A DNA stretch of 64,000 nucleotides from Hyalangium minutum (GTDB lineage Bacteria; Myxococcota; Myxococcia; Myxococcales; Myxococcaceae). Each line of letters begins with the position of its first letter. Within the stretch, counting starts at the first letter, position 1. Under the pieces are notes generated by a model. The model had not been told where the DNA came from and made no database searches. It saw only the letters and a program-made list of their open reading frames with translations. The stretch is taken from NCBI RefSeq assembly GCF_000737315.1, contig NZ_JMCB01000009.1, forward strand, positions 62,001 through 126,000, in the 5' to 3' direction. The translations under genes were made by a program, and so were the position numbers. Positions 29,912 to 37,958 of the stretch are shown here, one piece after another.

Positions 29912-31654
29912 TTACTGCTGCTGCGGGGGAATGGCCGTGGCGCTCTTCAGGGCCTGCTCGATGTGATCGGCGGCCTTGGTGTCAGGTGCATCCTTGCGGT
30001 GGCGCGTCCACCAGTTGCGCGCCTCTTCGATCTTCCCGTTCTGCAGGTAGACCTCGACCAGCTTGAGCGAGAGGTCCGGCCGGGGATCGAACCCGAACGC
30101 CTTCTTGTACTCGGTGGCCGCCATCCCGAAGTAGCCGCGCTCGAACTGGCGATCGCCCTCGATCTCGGCCTCGCGCGCCTTCTGCGCGTTCCGGTTCTGG
30201 ACGGGGATCTCCTGCTCGTACAGCGGCTTGGTCAGGTCCGGCCCCGTCGCGCTGTTCTGCCCAGGCAGGGGCACGTTGTCCGGCAGCGCGTAGGGCTCCT
30301 CAGGAGCCTGACCACCGCCGTAGTTGATGTAGTAGTAGTACCCGCCGATGGCCAAGGCCGCGATCACCAGGGTGATGGTGAGCGCCTTGAAGAAGCCGAA
30401 GCCCCCCGTCTCCTCCTCGGGGATCGTCGCGACGATCGCCTCCGTCTTGTCGGAGGTGATGGGCATCGGGTTCTGCACCGTCTGCATCAGCTCCGGGACG
30501 GCGCGGACCGTGGCCTCCACGGTGGGCTCGTTGGTGCCCCAACCCGGATCCGTGCCCGGCTGCGTGTCGATGTGGCTGCCCCCAGTGGCCCGGCGCGGCA
30601 GCGGCGCGAGCACCGGCGCGGCCATGGGCGCGGCGGGCGGCTGAGCGACAGGAGCCCGGCGAGCAGTGGCTTCCAGGCGGCGCCGATCTCGGTCCACCGC
30701 GAGCAGCTCGGCCTTGAAGGCCTCGGCGTTGGCGGGCCGATCGTTCGGGTCCTTGGACAGGACGCGGAGGATGAGCCGCTCCATGCCCGGGGAGATACGA
30801 GCCTCGGGCCGGCGCTTGGTGGGCGGCGGGGGCTCCTCGGTGAGGTGCTTGGTGGCGAACCCCACCGCCGAGTCGGACTCGAAGGGCAGCAGCCCCGTCG
30901 TCAGCTGGTAGAGGATGACACCCACCGCGTACAGGTCCGAGCGGTGATCCAGCTGCGCGCCTCGAGCCTGCTCCGGGGACATGTACTCGGGGGTGCCGCA
31001 GACGAAGCCGGCGCGGGTGAGCGCGGGGCCCTCGTCGCCGTTGGTGTCCGTGATCTTCGCGATGCCGAAGTCCAGCACCTTCACGAAGTCCGGATCATTG
31101 CGGCGCTGCTCCAACATGATGTTCTCGGGCTTCAGGTCCCGGTGGATGACACCGGCGCCGTGCGCGTCCGAGAGCGCGGAGAGGACCTGGCTGACGATGC
31201 GCACCACGCGCGACTCGGGCAGCGGCCACTCCCGGCTGAGCACCTGGTGCAGATCCTGCCCAGGGACGAACTCCATGGCGATGAAGAGCGCGCCGTCCTC
31301 GGCCTGGCCGAAGTCCAGGATGCTGATGGAGTTGGGGTGGTTGAGGCGGCTGGCGGCCTTGGCCTCGCGCTGGAAGCGGGCCACCGTGCGCTCATCCGAG
31401 AGCAGCGACTGGCGCAGCACCTTGAGGACCACCGGCTTGTCCAAGGCCAGCTGGCGGGCGCGGTACACCTTGCCCATGCCACCCTCGCCGATCAGCGCCT
31501 CCACGCGGTACTTCTTGGCCAGCGTCTTGCCGATGTACTCGTCACCCTCCGCCGACGTGCGCACGAGGGTAGAGCCGCAGGAAGGGCAGTACCTGGAGGT
31601 CTCTCCGGCGTCTGTGCCACAGGCGGGGCAGCGCAAGGCGTGTGTCCGTTCCAA
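29912..31654 (-). CDS. Ser/Thr protein kinase with N-terminal zinc ribbon, TM helix and C-terminal TPR-like domain
   Basis: CPAC...CPSC, GEGGMGKV, HRDLKPEN, DFG, GTPEYMSPE. Confidence 0.9.
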   Translation of the reverse strand: MERTHALRCPACGTDAGETSRYCPSCGSTLVRTSAEGDEYIGKTLAKKYRVEALIGEGGMGKVYRARQLALDKPVVLKVLRQSLLSDERTVARFQREAKAASRLNHPNSISILDFGQAEDGALFIAMEFVPGQDLHQVLSREWPLPESRVVRIVSQVLSALSDAHGAGVIHRDLKPENIMLEQRRNDPDFVKVLDFGIAKITDTNGDEGPALTRAGFVCGTPEYMSPEQARGAQLDHRSDLYAVGVILYQLTTGLLPFESDSAVGFATKHLTEEPPPPTKRRPEARISPGMERLILRVLSKDPNDRPANAEAFKAELLAVDRDRRRLEATARRAPVAQPPAAPMAAPVLAPLPRRATGGSHIDTQPGTDPGWGTNEPTVEATVRAVPELMQTVQNPMPITSDKTEAIVATIPEEETGGFGFFKALTITLVIAALAIGGYYYYINYGGGQAPEEPYALPDNVPLPGQNSATGPDLTKPLYEQEIPVQNRNAQKAREAEIEGDRQFERGYFGMAATEYKKAFGFDPRPDLSLKLVEVYLQNGKIEEARNWWTRHRKDAPDTKAADHIEQALKSATAIPPQQQ

Positions 31655-31773
31655 TCAGCGTGAGGGTGGAATCTGGACTTCAGCACGTTGTTTGGGTCTG
31701 TATCAAGGCATCAAGCGGTGCTCGCAGAGCGAGCAAGCCAGCCCAGGCCTTGATATGAGGGGGGAGCCTTATC

Positions 31774-32541
31774 ATGGCTACAACCTTCTGCCCTCGCTGC
31801 GACACCGAGAACCCTGACGACGCCTCCATCTGCCAGAGCTGCGGCGCGCCCATGCGCTCCGGCACGCTGGTGATGGCGGTGTCTCAGATCGCCCCGCGCC
31901 CCCAGGTCTCCATCCGGGTGGTCCGCGCGGACGGTGGCCCCGAGTCCGTGGTCCGCATGAACCGCGACACGCTCGTGTGCGGCCAGACTCCCCAAGCGGA
32001 TCTGCGGCTGCCGGATGATCCCTTCGTGATGCCCGAGCAGGCGCGCTTCTTCTTCTCCGGCGTCCGGCTGGCGGTGGAGGACGTGGGAGGCGCCAACGGC
32101 GTCTTCGTCCGCCTGCGTCAGGAGCGCGAGCTGCCCACCGGCGGCGAGCTGCGGCTGGGGCGGCAGCGGCTGGTGCTCGAGCCCATCCCCGCGGCGACCG
32201 TGGGGCCGGGCGGCGCGCAGATCTGGGGCTCGCCGGATGCGGGCTACCGGCTGCGTCTGGTCCAGCTGCTCGAAGGCGGCATGCGCGGGGGCGCCTATCC
32301 GCTCAAGGAGGGGGACAACCTGTTGGGTCGTGAGCAAGGAGACATCACGTTCCCCACGGACGGCTTCGTCTCCGGGCGCCACGCCGTCCTCACGGTCCGC
32401 AAGGATCAGCTCACGGTGCGGGACGTCGGCTCGTCCAACGGCACGTTCATCCGCCTGACGGGCCCCACGTTCGTGGACAACGGCGACCACTTCCTCATGG
32501 GCCGCCAGCTGCTCCGCGTGGAGATCCAGGCGCTGGTCTGA
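31774..32541 (+). CDS. Double zinc ribbon + two FHA domains
   Basis: CPRC...CQSC; FHA1 degenerate (GQT...MPEQ), FHA2 canonical (GRE...SGRH...SSNGT). Confidence 0.85.
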   Translation: MATTFCPRCDTENPDDASICQSCGAPMRSGTLVMAVSQIAPRPQVSIRVVRADGGPESVVRMNRDTLVCGQTPQADLRLPDDPFVMPEQARFFFSGVRLAVEDVGGANGVFVRLRQERELPTGGELRLGRQRLVLEPIPAATVGPGGAQIWGSPDAGYRLRLVQLLEGGMRGGAYPLKEGDNLLGREQGDITFPTDGFVSGRHAVLTVRKDQLTVRDVGSSNGTFIRLTGPTFVDNGDHFLMGRQLLRVEIQALV

Positions 32542-32594
32542 AGCAGGTGGGGCCGCGCGGCGGTATGCCTCACGCGGCCCCAGGAGCCCTGCGC

Positions 32595-32966
32595 TCACCC
32601 GTAGGAGCGCTCTTTCTTCTCCTGCTCTTCCTTGCAGCGGATGCAGAGCGTGGTGACCGGGCGAGCCTCCAAGCGCTTGGGGGAGATGTCCTCCTCGCAG
32701 CGCTCGCAGATGCCGAAGGTGCCGTCCTCGATGCGCTGCAGCGCCTTCTCGATCTTCTGGAGGAGGAACTTCTCCCGGTCTCTCAGCCGGAACACCATCG
32801 ACTGGGCGTACTCGGAAGAGGCCTGATCAATCTCGTCCGGGAGGTCGTCGGTATCGAAGCTCGACTCCTCGACGAGGGTCTTCTTCGCGCTCTCGAGCAG
32901 CGCTGTCTTGCTGTCCTCGAGCATCTTCTTGTACCGCTTGAGATCTTTCTGGTTCACGGCCTTCAC
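32595..32966 (-). CDS. dksA: DksA/TraR C4 zinc-finger transcription factor
   Basis: DEIDQAS coiled-coil tip, CERC...CIRC zinc finger; start GTG 32966 or 32957. Confidence 0.85.
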   Translation of the reverse strand: MKAVNQKDLKRYKKMLEDSKTALLESAKKTLVEESSFDTDDLPDEIDQASSEYAQSMVFRLRDREKFLLQKIEKALQRIEDGTFGICERCEEDISPKRLEARPVTTLCIRCKEEQEKKERSYG

Positions 32967-33015
32967 TCCGATGGGCGAGAAAACGACCCCGTCCCCCTAA
33001 AAAAAAGGCCCGAAA

Positions 33016-33043
33016 GCTTTATTCACATAGGCCGTGGTGTCAA
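33016..33043 (-). promoter_or_regulatory. sigma70-like promoter of dksA
   Basis: TTGACA-N16-TAAAGC on the minus strand. Confidence 0.4.
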
Positions 33044-33085
33044 GGTGTCCACGTGTCGTAAGGGTCGGGAGAGAGGAGAAGCACC

Positions 33086-33967
33086 ATGAGCGAAAGTTCG
33101 AAGTTCGACCGGGAGTTCTTGCGCTCGGCCCTCTCCTTGGCGAACCGGAATGAGGTGAGCCATTTCCTCTACATCTGCGACACCCCCATCGCCCCGGAGG
33201 ACCTGCGCGGGCGGCCGGCGCGCAAGAAGATCATCTACGCGGTGACGTCCGAGAAGATTGCGCACGAGTACATCCACCGCAAGCAGCAGGCGCTCGTCAT
33301 CCCCGCCTACGACTACTCGCGCACGGAGCGGGTGAAGGTGGCCCTCGTGTCAGCGCTCTCTCAGGGAGCAATCAAGGAGGGCGACCTGGTGCTGTGCATG
33401 ACGGGCAAGGTCGGCCGCCCTCCGGACACGCTGATGCAGACGCGGATCGGCGGCTCGCTGGATGACCGGGTGGCCATCGAAGGCGTGAAGCTGGGCGACG
33501 AGTTCAACTCGCAGGTGGTGGACGCGCTCATCCAGCTGGCGCTGCAGATCGGCCAGGAGGGCTTCGAGGGCCACCCCATCGGGACGATCCTCACGATCGG
33601 CGACCACACGAGCGTGCTGGAGAAGAGCCGGCAGCTGACCATCAACCCGTTCCAAGGCTTGTCCGAGGCCGAGCGCAACGTGCTGGATCCGAAGATCCGC
33701 GAGGCCATCAAGAACTTCTCGGTGCTGGACGGGGCGTTCGTGATCCGCGAGGACGGCGTGGTGCTGGCCGCAGGCCGCTACCTGTCCGCGGCGGACGAGG
33801 CGGTGAAGATTCCGCTGGGGCTCGGGGCGCGGCACGCAGCGGCGGCGGGGATCACCTCCACCACGCACAGCATCGCGCTGGTGGTGAGCCAGACCTCGGG
33901 TGCGGTGCGGCTCTTCAAGGGCGGCAACATCGTCCTGGAGCTGCACCAGACGGCGCGCCGCACGTAG
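33086..33967 (+). CDS. Diadenylate cyclase (DisA_N/DAC domain) with N-terminal pyruvate-kinase-C-like domain, DacZ type
   Basis: LDGAFVI and LGARHAAA DAC motifs; N-terminal RVKVALVSALSQGAIKEGDLVLCMTG resembles PK_C. Confidence 0.8.
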   Translation: MSESSKFDREFLRSALSLANRNEVSHFLYICDTPIAPEDLRGRPARKKIIYAVTSEKIAHEYIHRKQQALVIPAYDYSRTERVKVALVSALSQGAIKEGDLVLCMTGKVGRPPDTLMQTRIGGSLDDRVAIEGVKLGDEFNSQVVDALIQLALQIGQEGFEGHPIGTILTIGDHTSVLEKSRQLTINPFQGLSEAERNVLDPKIREAIKNFSVLDGAFVIREDGVVLAAGRYLSAADEAVKIPLGLGARHAAAAGITSTTHSIALVVSQTSGAVRLFKGGNIVLELHQTARRT

Positions 33968-34047
33968 AGCCGCACCCTCCCCTGCTCGGGCGGGTAGGCC
34001 TCCGGCCGAGGGGTAGACAGAGGGCATTTCCAAGGCCCCCAAACGAA

Positions 34048-34083
34048 ACGAGGACCGCGGCCCCAGGGGGTCACGGTCCTCGT
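34048..34083 (-). terminator. Hairpin between the convergent DAC and GH19 genes
   Basis: ACGAGGACCG/CGGTCCTCGT 10-bp stem, T-rich tail on the minus strand. Confidence 0.5.
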
Positions 34084-34135
34084 CGCACTACATCGGCTCT
34101 GTGGGGTCGGCGGCCCGAAGGCTCGCCGGCTCAGC

Positions 34136-34933
34136 TCACAGCACACTCAGGGCGCGGTTGTAGTACTGCTGGCGGTCCGACAGGCCGTTGTAGCCACCGT
34201 TGATGCGGCGGGTGACCTCGCGGAAGTTGCCGGACTCGGCCAGGGAGTTCAGGCCGCGGCTCTTCCAGAACCACGCGGCGGTGCGGAAGCCCACGTCCGG
34301 ATCCGCGGCGCGGCGGGGGTTGTTCTCCAGGTCGATGCCCAGCGCCTGCCCGGCGGCCCGGTAGTTGTTGCGGCCGGTCAGCTGGATCGGGCCACGGCCC
34401 TTGAAGCGCGTGCCATCGCCCGGCTGCGTGTTGCCCAGATCGCGGCGGCCCTCGTACGCCGAACCCGAGGCGATCTCCTCCATGTAACGGAGCTGGCCGC
34501 TCTCGTGCGCCAGCTGCGCCAGGAACGCCGCCTTCTGGTTCTTGGTGGTGATGCCCGCCTCGGCCATGGCGTTGTTGATGTGCGGCAGGTACTCGCGCGC
34601 CTTCGCGTCCGACAGGTTCGGCATGATCTTCTTCAGCTGATCCACCGTCACGCCGCTGCCGGCCGGGGCAGTGGGGCCCGCCACAGGGCCGGCCTGCGTG
34701 GTCGAGGGGGTCGAGCCCGGGCGGCCCGAGGCGGAGGAGCCCGGCATCCCCGGAGGAGCCGTGGCGGGACGCTGGCCGGGGCGATCGAACCCGTCCGGAA
34801 TCGTCAGCTTCTTCCCCGCGATGATCAGGTTCGGGTTCTGGATGTTGTTGGCCTTGGCCAGCGCGGACACGCTCGTGCCGTACTTCTGGGCCAGCGCGCT
34901 CAGGGTGTCGCCACGGCGGATGTTGTGGATCAT
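34136..34933 (-). CDS. LysM + glycoside hydrolase family 19 (lysozyme/chitinase-like)
   Basis: N-terminal LysM (IRRGDTLSALAQKYG...NPNLIIAG); GH19 motifs FLAQLAHESG, FKGRGPIQLTGRNNY, TRRINGG. Confidence 0.9.
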   Translation of the reverse strand: MIHNIRRGDTLSALAQKYGTSVSALAKANNIQNPNLIIAGKKLTIPDGFDRPGQRPATAPPGMPGSSASGRPGSTPSTTQAGPVAGPTAPAGSGVTVDQLKKIMPNLSDAKAREYLPHINNAMAEAGITTKNQKAAFLAQLAHESGQLRYMEEIASGSAYEGRRDLGNTQPGDGTRFKGRGPIQLTGRNNYRAAGQALGIDLENNPRRAADPDVGFRTAAWFWKSRGLNSLAESGNFREVTRRINGGYNGLSDRQQYYNRALSVL

Positions 34934-35006
34934 GGGGAGCTCGGGGGAAGTGTGTGAGAGCTAAACCCATTGTCGTAAGAGGTAAGAAAGAGTTGCCAAG
35001 AATCTG

Positions 35007-35030
35007 AAAACCCTGTGGTTTCAGGGCTTT
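35007..35030 (-). terminator. Probable terminator after the PspA-like gene
   Basis: AAAGCCCTG-N6-CAGGGTTTT directly after the stop codon. Confidence 0.45.
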
Positions 35031-35592
35031 AGTCGGCCTTCTCCCCTGCCCCTCTCTCTTCTCGATAAATCTCCGCGAGCTGGTGGGCCCGCTCGATCTC
35101 GTCCCGGGCGGCGTCCACGGCGAGCACCTTCTCGATGCGCTCCACCTGCTCGCGCATGGCGCCGCTGACGAGACTTCCCGCCACGAGCCGGGCCGAGGCG
35201 CTCTGGCGCTCGGTGCGAAGCTCCGTCACCCGGGACCCCACTTCATTGGCGGCCTCCAGCAGCAGCTGGGAGTCCTTCTCCGCGCGCTCCAGGGCCTCCC
35301 GGGTGGACTTGAGCAGGGTCTCCGTCTGCTGCTGGTCCCGGTGCAGCACCTGCATGGCCTTGATGTCCGCACGGGACTCGGCCACCTGGTAGCGCTCGGC
35401 CAGCTCCGCCATCCGGCGCGTGTAGCGATCCACTGAGCGCGTCAGCTCGCCCTTGAGCGCCAGCAGCGTGGCCGCGGACTTGCGGACCTCGGCCCCCTGG
35501 CGCTCCAGATCCTCGATGAGCTGATCGAAGGCCGCCAGCGGATCGGCTGGCGTCTGTGCCTTCTTCTTCTTGCGAAAGAAGCCGAAGATCAT
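35029..35592 (-). CDS. PspA/IM30 (ESCRT-III-like) coiled-coil protein, 187 aa
   Basis: Amphipathic/basic N-terminus MIFGFFRKKKK, DP...DQLIEDLERQ...VRKSAATLLA pattern, all-helical; ATG 35592. Confidence 0.65.
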   Translation of the reverse strand: MIFGFFRKKKKAQTPADPLAAFDQLIEDLERQGAEVRKSAATLLALKGELTRSVDRYTRRMAELAERYQVAESRADIKAMQVLHRDQQQTETLLKSTREALERAEKDSQLLLEAANEVGSRVTELRTERQSASARLVAGSLVSGAMREQVERIEKVLAVDAARDEIERAHQLAEIYREERGAGEKAD

Positions 35593-35605
35593 GTCTGGCC
35601 CGAGC

Positions 35606-37900
35606 CTAGCTGAACGGACGGCACAGGAGGCGAACCCGCGCGAGGTTGTCCTGGACCGCCTTGTTCCCCGCGGCCAGCGCCGTGAGGTAGCGGGCCGGCG
35701 TGAGCTGGTAGACACCCAGCAAGTGCTGGAGCAGCACCACGCTCTCGGTGGGCCGGCGGTCCGCGGGAGCCAGCGAGGCGGCCTCGGCCAGGGCGTCCAG
35801 GATGTCCGCCACCCGCGCGAGCACGTCCTGCCCCACCGCCTCGCGGCTCTGAGCTTGGGACTGTTCGGGGAAGAGCGCATCAAAGGAGGCCTCGACCGCC
35901 ACCGGTGAAGTACCCGTACTGCGCTTGGAGGCCATGGACTCCAGGGCCTCCAGGTGCGGCCACAGCGCCTCGAGGTTCTCCGGCGAGTCGGGCGCCTCCG
36001 CAGGGAGCAGCGTGCGCCAGGGGGCGTCGAACTCGGTGCGCGCCCACTGGATCTCTTCGTCGGAGAGGTGGTGGTAGAAGGCGCGGCCACCCTGGGAGCG
36101 CTGCTCCTGCACCAGGGCGCGCAAGTCCATGTTCTCCTCGCCGAGCGAGATGAAGCTCAGCGCGATGGTGAGCGAGTCCACGGGAGCTCGGGTGCGGCGG
36201 ATGATCTCCATGTCCACCCGGTCCTCGCCATCGGTGACGAGCACCACGGTGGCGCGGGCCAGGTACGGATCCCTGCCCTGCGCGGTGCGGATGGAGTCGA
36301 ACGCGGACATCAGCGCCAGGGTGATGTCCGTCTGGCCCTCGGCGGGCGAGTGCCCGAAGAGCTTCTCGATCTGCCGGGTGGCCTCGGAGGCGGTGTCCAC
36401 GCGAGCCAGTTCCGTGGGCGAGTCATTGAAGAAGGAGAAGTACAGCGGATCGAAAGGCAGCCCCTGGCGGGCCTTGGCGCGCAGGTTGTTGAGCTCGGCG
36501 ATGAGCAGGGCGTCGCGGAACCGGGCGCGCGCGCCGTGCATGGAGCCCGAGGCATCCAGCACGTACACGCGCACGGCGGTCCGCTTGAGCTTCTTGGGCT
36601 TGGGCGGCGGCTCCTCCTCCATATACGCGCGCACGAGCTGCCGGTTGGCGGCCATGTCGTAGACGATCAGCCGAGGATCGGTGACGACGAAGTCATGCAC
36701 CTCGTGGAGATTGCCCGTCGTCTCGAAGCGCATCTTCTGCGTGGGGTACGGCACGCGCTTGGGGACAGACCGGATTGCCCCGGTGTCCACCTGGGCGATT
36801 TCCTCGGAGAGCGAGTCCTCCACGTCGAAGTAGCGGGCGCACCCGGCCGCCAGCTCGAAGGCCGCGAGCTGCTCCGGGTTGAGCGAGAAGGCCAGGTCCG
36901 CCAGCAGATCGTCCGCGCGGGACTTCTTCCCGGGCTTCTCCTGGAGGCCCTCTTCCACCTCTCCGTCCTGCAGGCGGGGCTTCTCGCCGAACCAGCGGGA
37001 CAGCTCCTGGCGCTCGGCCTGCTCCACGAAGGTCTTCATCTTGCTGGCCGAGGGCAGCATCGGCTCCAGCGCCGCACGCGCGGCCGAGGCCAGCTGCGCG
37101 TCCCCCGCCTCCACCGCCCGCTCATAGAGCCCCTTGAGCGAACGGTAGGCCTCTCCCGGCGAACGGCGGGCCGTGTGGCGCACCTGCTTCACCAGCTCCT
37201 CCAAGGAGCGCACGGCGGGGCTGGCTCGGATGCGCTCGCGGGCCTCGGCCACCTCCCGGCGCAACACCACGCCCCGGTCTCGATCGTGGTCCGCGCCCAG
37301 CCGCAGGAGCACCTCGTGGGCCAGATCCAGATCGCGCCGCTTCTGGAGCACGTCGTCCACGTTCTCCCTCGCCCGCTCGGCAAGGAACTCGGCAACGGCC
37401 ATGCGCGCACTGGCGGGCGCCCGTCCCTGCCACACATGGTTGCGGCGAGGGAGGATCTCGAACGGCGGCGGCTGGGCTCCCGGCGCGGAGGAGAACACAT
37501 CCGCCACCTTCACCACGCGCGCCAGCTGCACGAAGGCCCGCTCCAGCGCCGTCCGGGCTCCGGTGGGCATCTCCCCGGCCCGGCGCGCCCGCTCCACCTG
37601 GCGCATGCGGGTCTCGTACTCCTGCAGCGCCTCGGTGGCCCGGGCCGTCAGCGCCTCCGCGAGCTGCCCCGCCCTGCCCTTGCGAGCCCCGAGCGAGCGC
37701 AACAGGTGCGCGTCCGCCAGCGTGTGAACGCCGACCCGGTCCAGTTCCTTGTCGAGCGCCGCGATCGTGGGGAACGTGAGATCCACCTCGCCCGGCGCCA
37801 TCAGCCCGAGCGCCCAGCCCACCATGCCCGCGGGACGGGCGGTGCTCTGCTGGAGCGAGTCCAGCCGCAGGCGCAGCTCCGTGAGCTTGGGAGCGAGCAT
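35606..37900 (-). CDS. VWA domain protein (ViaA-like), 764 aa
   Basis: Intact MIDAS: DASGS, GQTD, VTDGED; long helical N-terminal region. Confidence 0.85.
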   Translation of the reverse strand: MLAPKLTELRLRLDSLQQSTARPAGMVGWALGLMAPGEVDLTFPTIAALDKELDRVGVHTLADAHLLRSLGARKGRAGQLAEALTARATEALQEYETRMRQVERARRAGEMPTGARTALERAFVQLARVVKVADVFSSAPGAQPPPFEILPRRNHVWQGRAPASARMAVAEFLAERARENVDDVLQKRRDLDLAHEVLLRLGADHDRDRGVVLRREVAEARERIRASPAVRSLEELVKQVRHTARRSPGEAYRSLKGLYERAVEAGDAQLASAARAALEPMLPSASKMKTFVEQAERQELSRWFGEKPRLQDGEVEEGLQEKPGKKSRADDLLADLAFSLNPEQLAAFELAAGCARYFDVEDSLSEEIAQVDTGAIRSVPKRVPYPTQKMRFETTGNLHEVHDFVVTDPRLIVYDMAANRQLVRAYMEEEPPPKPKKLKRTAVRVYVLDASGSMHGARARFRDALLIAELNNLRAKARQGLPFDPLYFSFFNDSPTELARVDTASEATRQIEKLFGHSPAEGQTDITLALMSAFDSIRTAQGRDPYLARATVVLVTDGEDRVDMEIIRRTRAPVDSLTIALSFISLGEENMDLRALVQEQRSQGGRAFYHHLSDEEIQWARTEFDAPWRTLLPAEAPDSPENLEALWPHLEALESMASKRSTGTSPVAVEASFDALFPEQSQAQSREAVGQDVLARVADILDALAEAASLAPADRRPTESVVLLQHLLGVYQLTPARYLTALAAGNKAVQDNLARVRLLCRPFS

Positions 37901-37958
37901 GCTCAGTCCCTCACCGGAGCCGCCTCACGCGGCGCGCTGCGCTGACAGGCTCGAGGAC

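Noticed and set aside
34136-34933. GH19 gene as evidence of a prophage
   Set aside because: No holin, spanin, structural or integrase genes nearby; flanks are chromosomal
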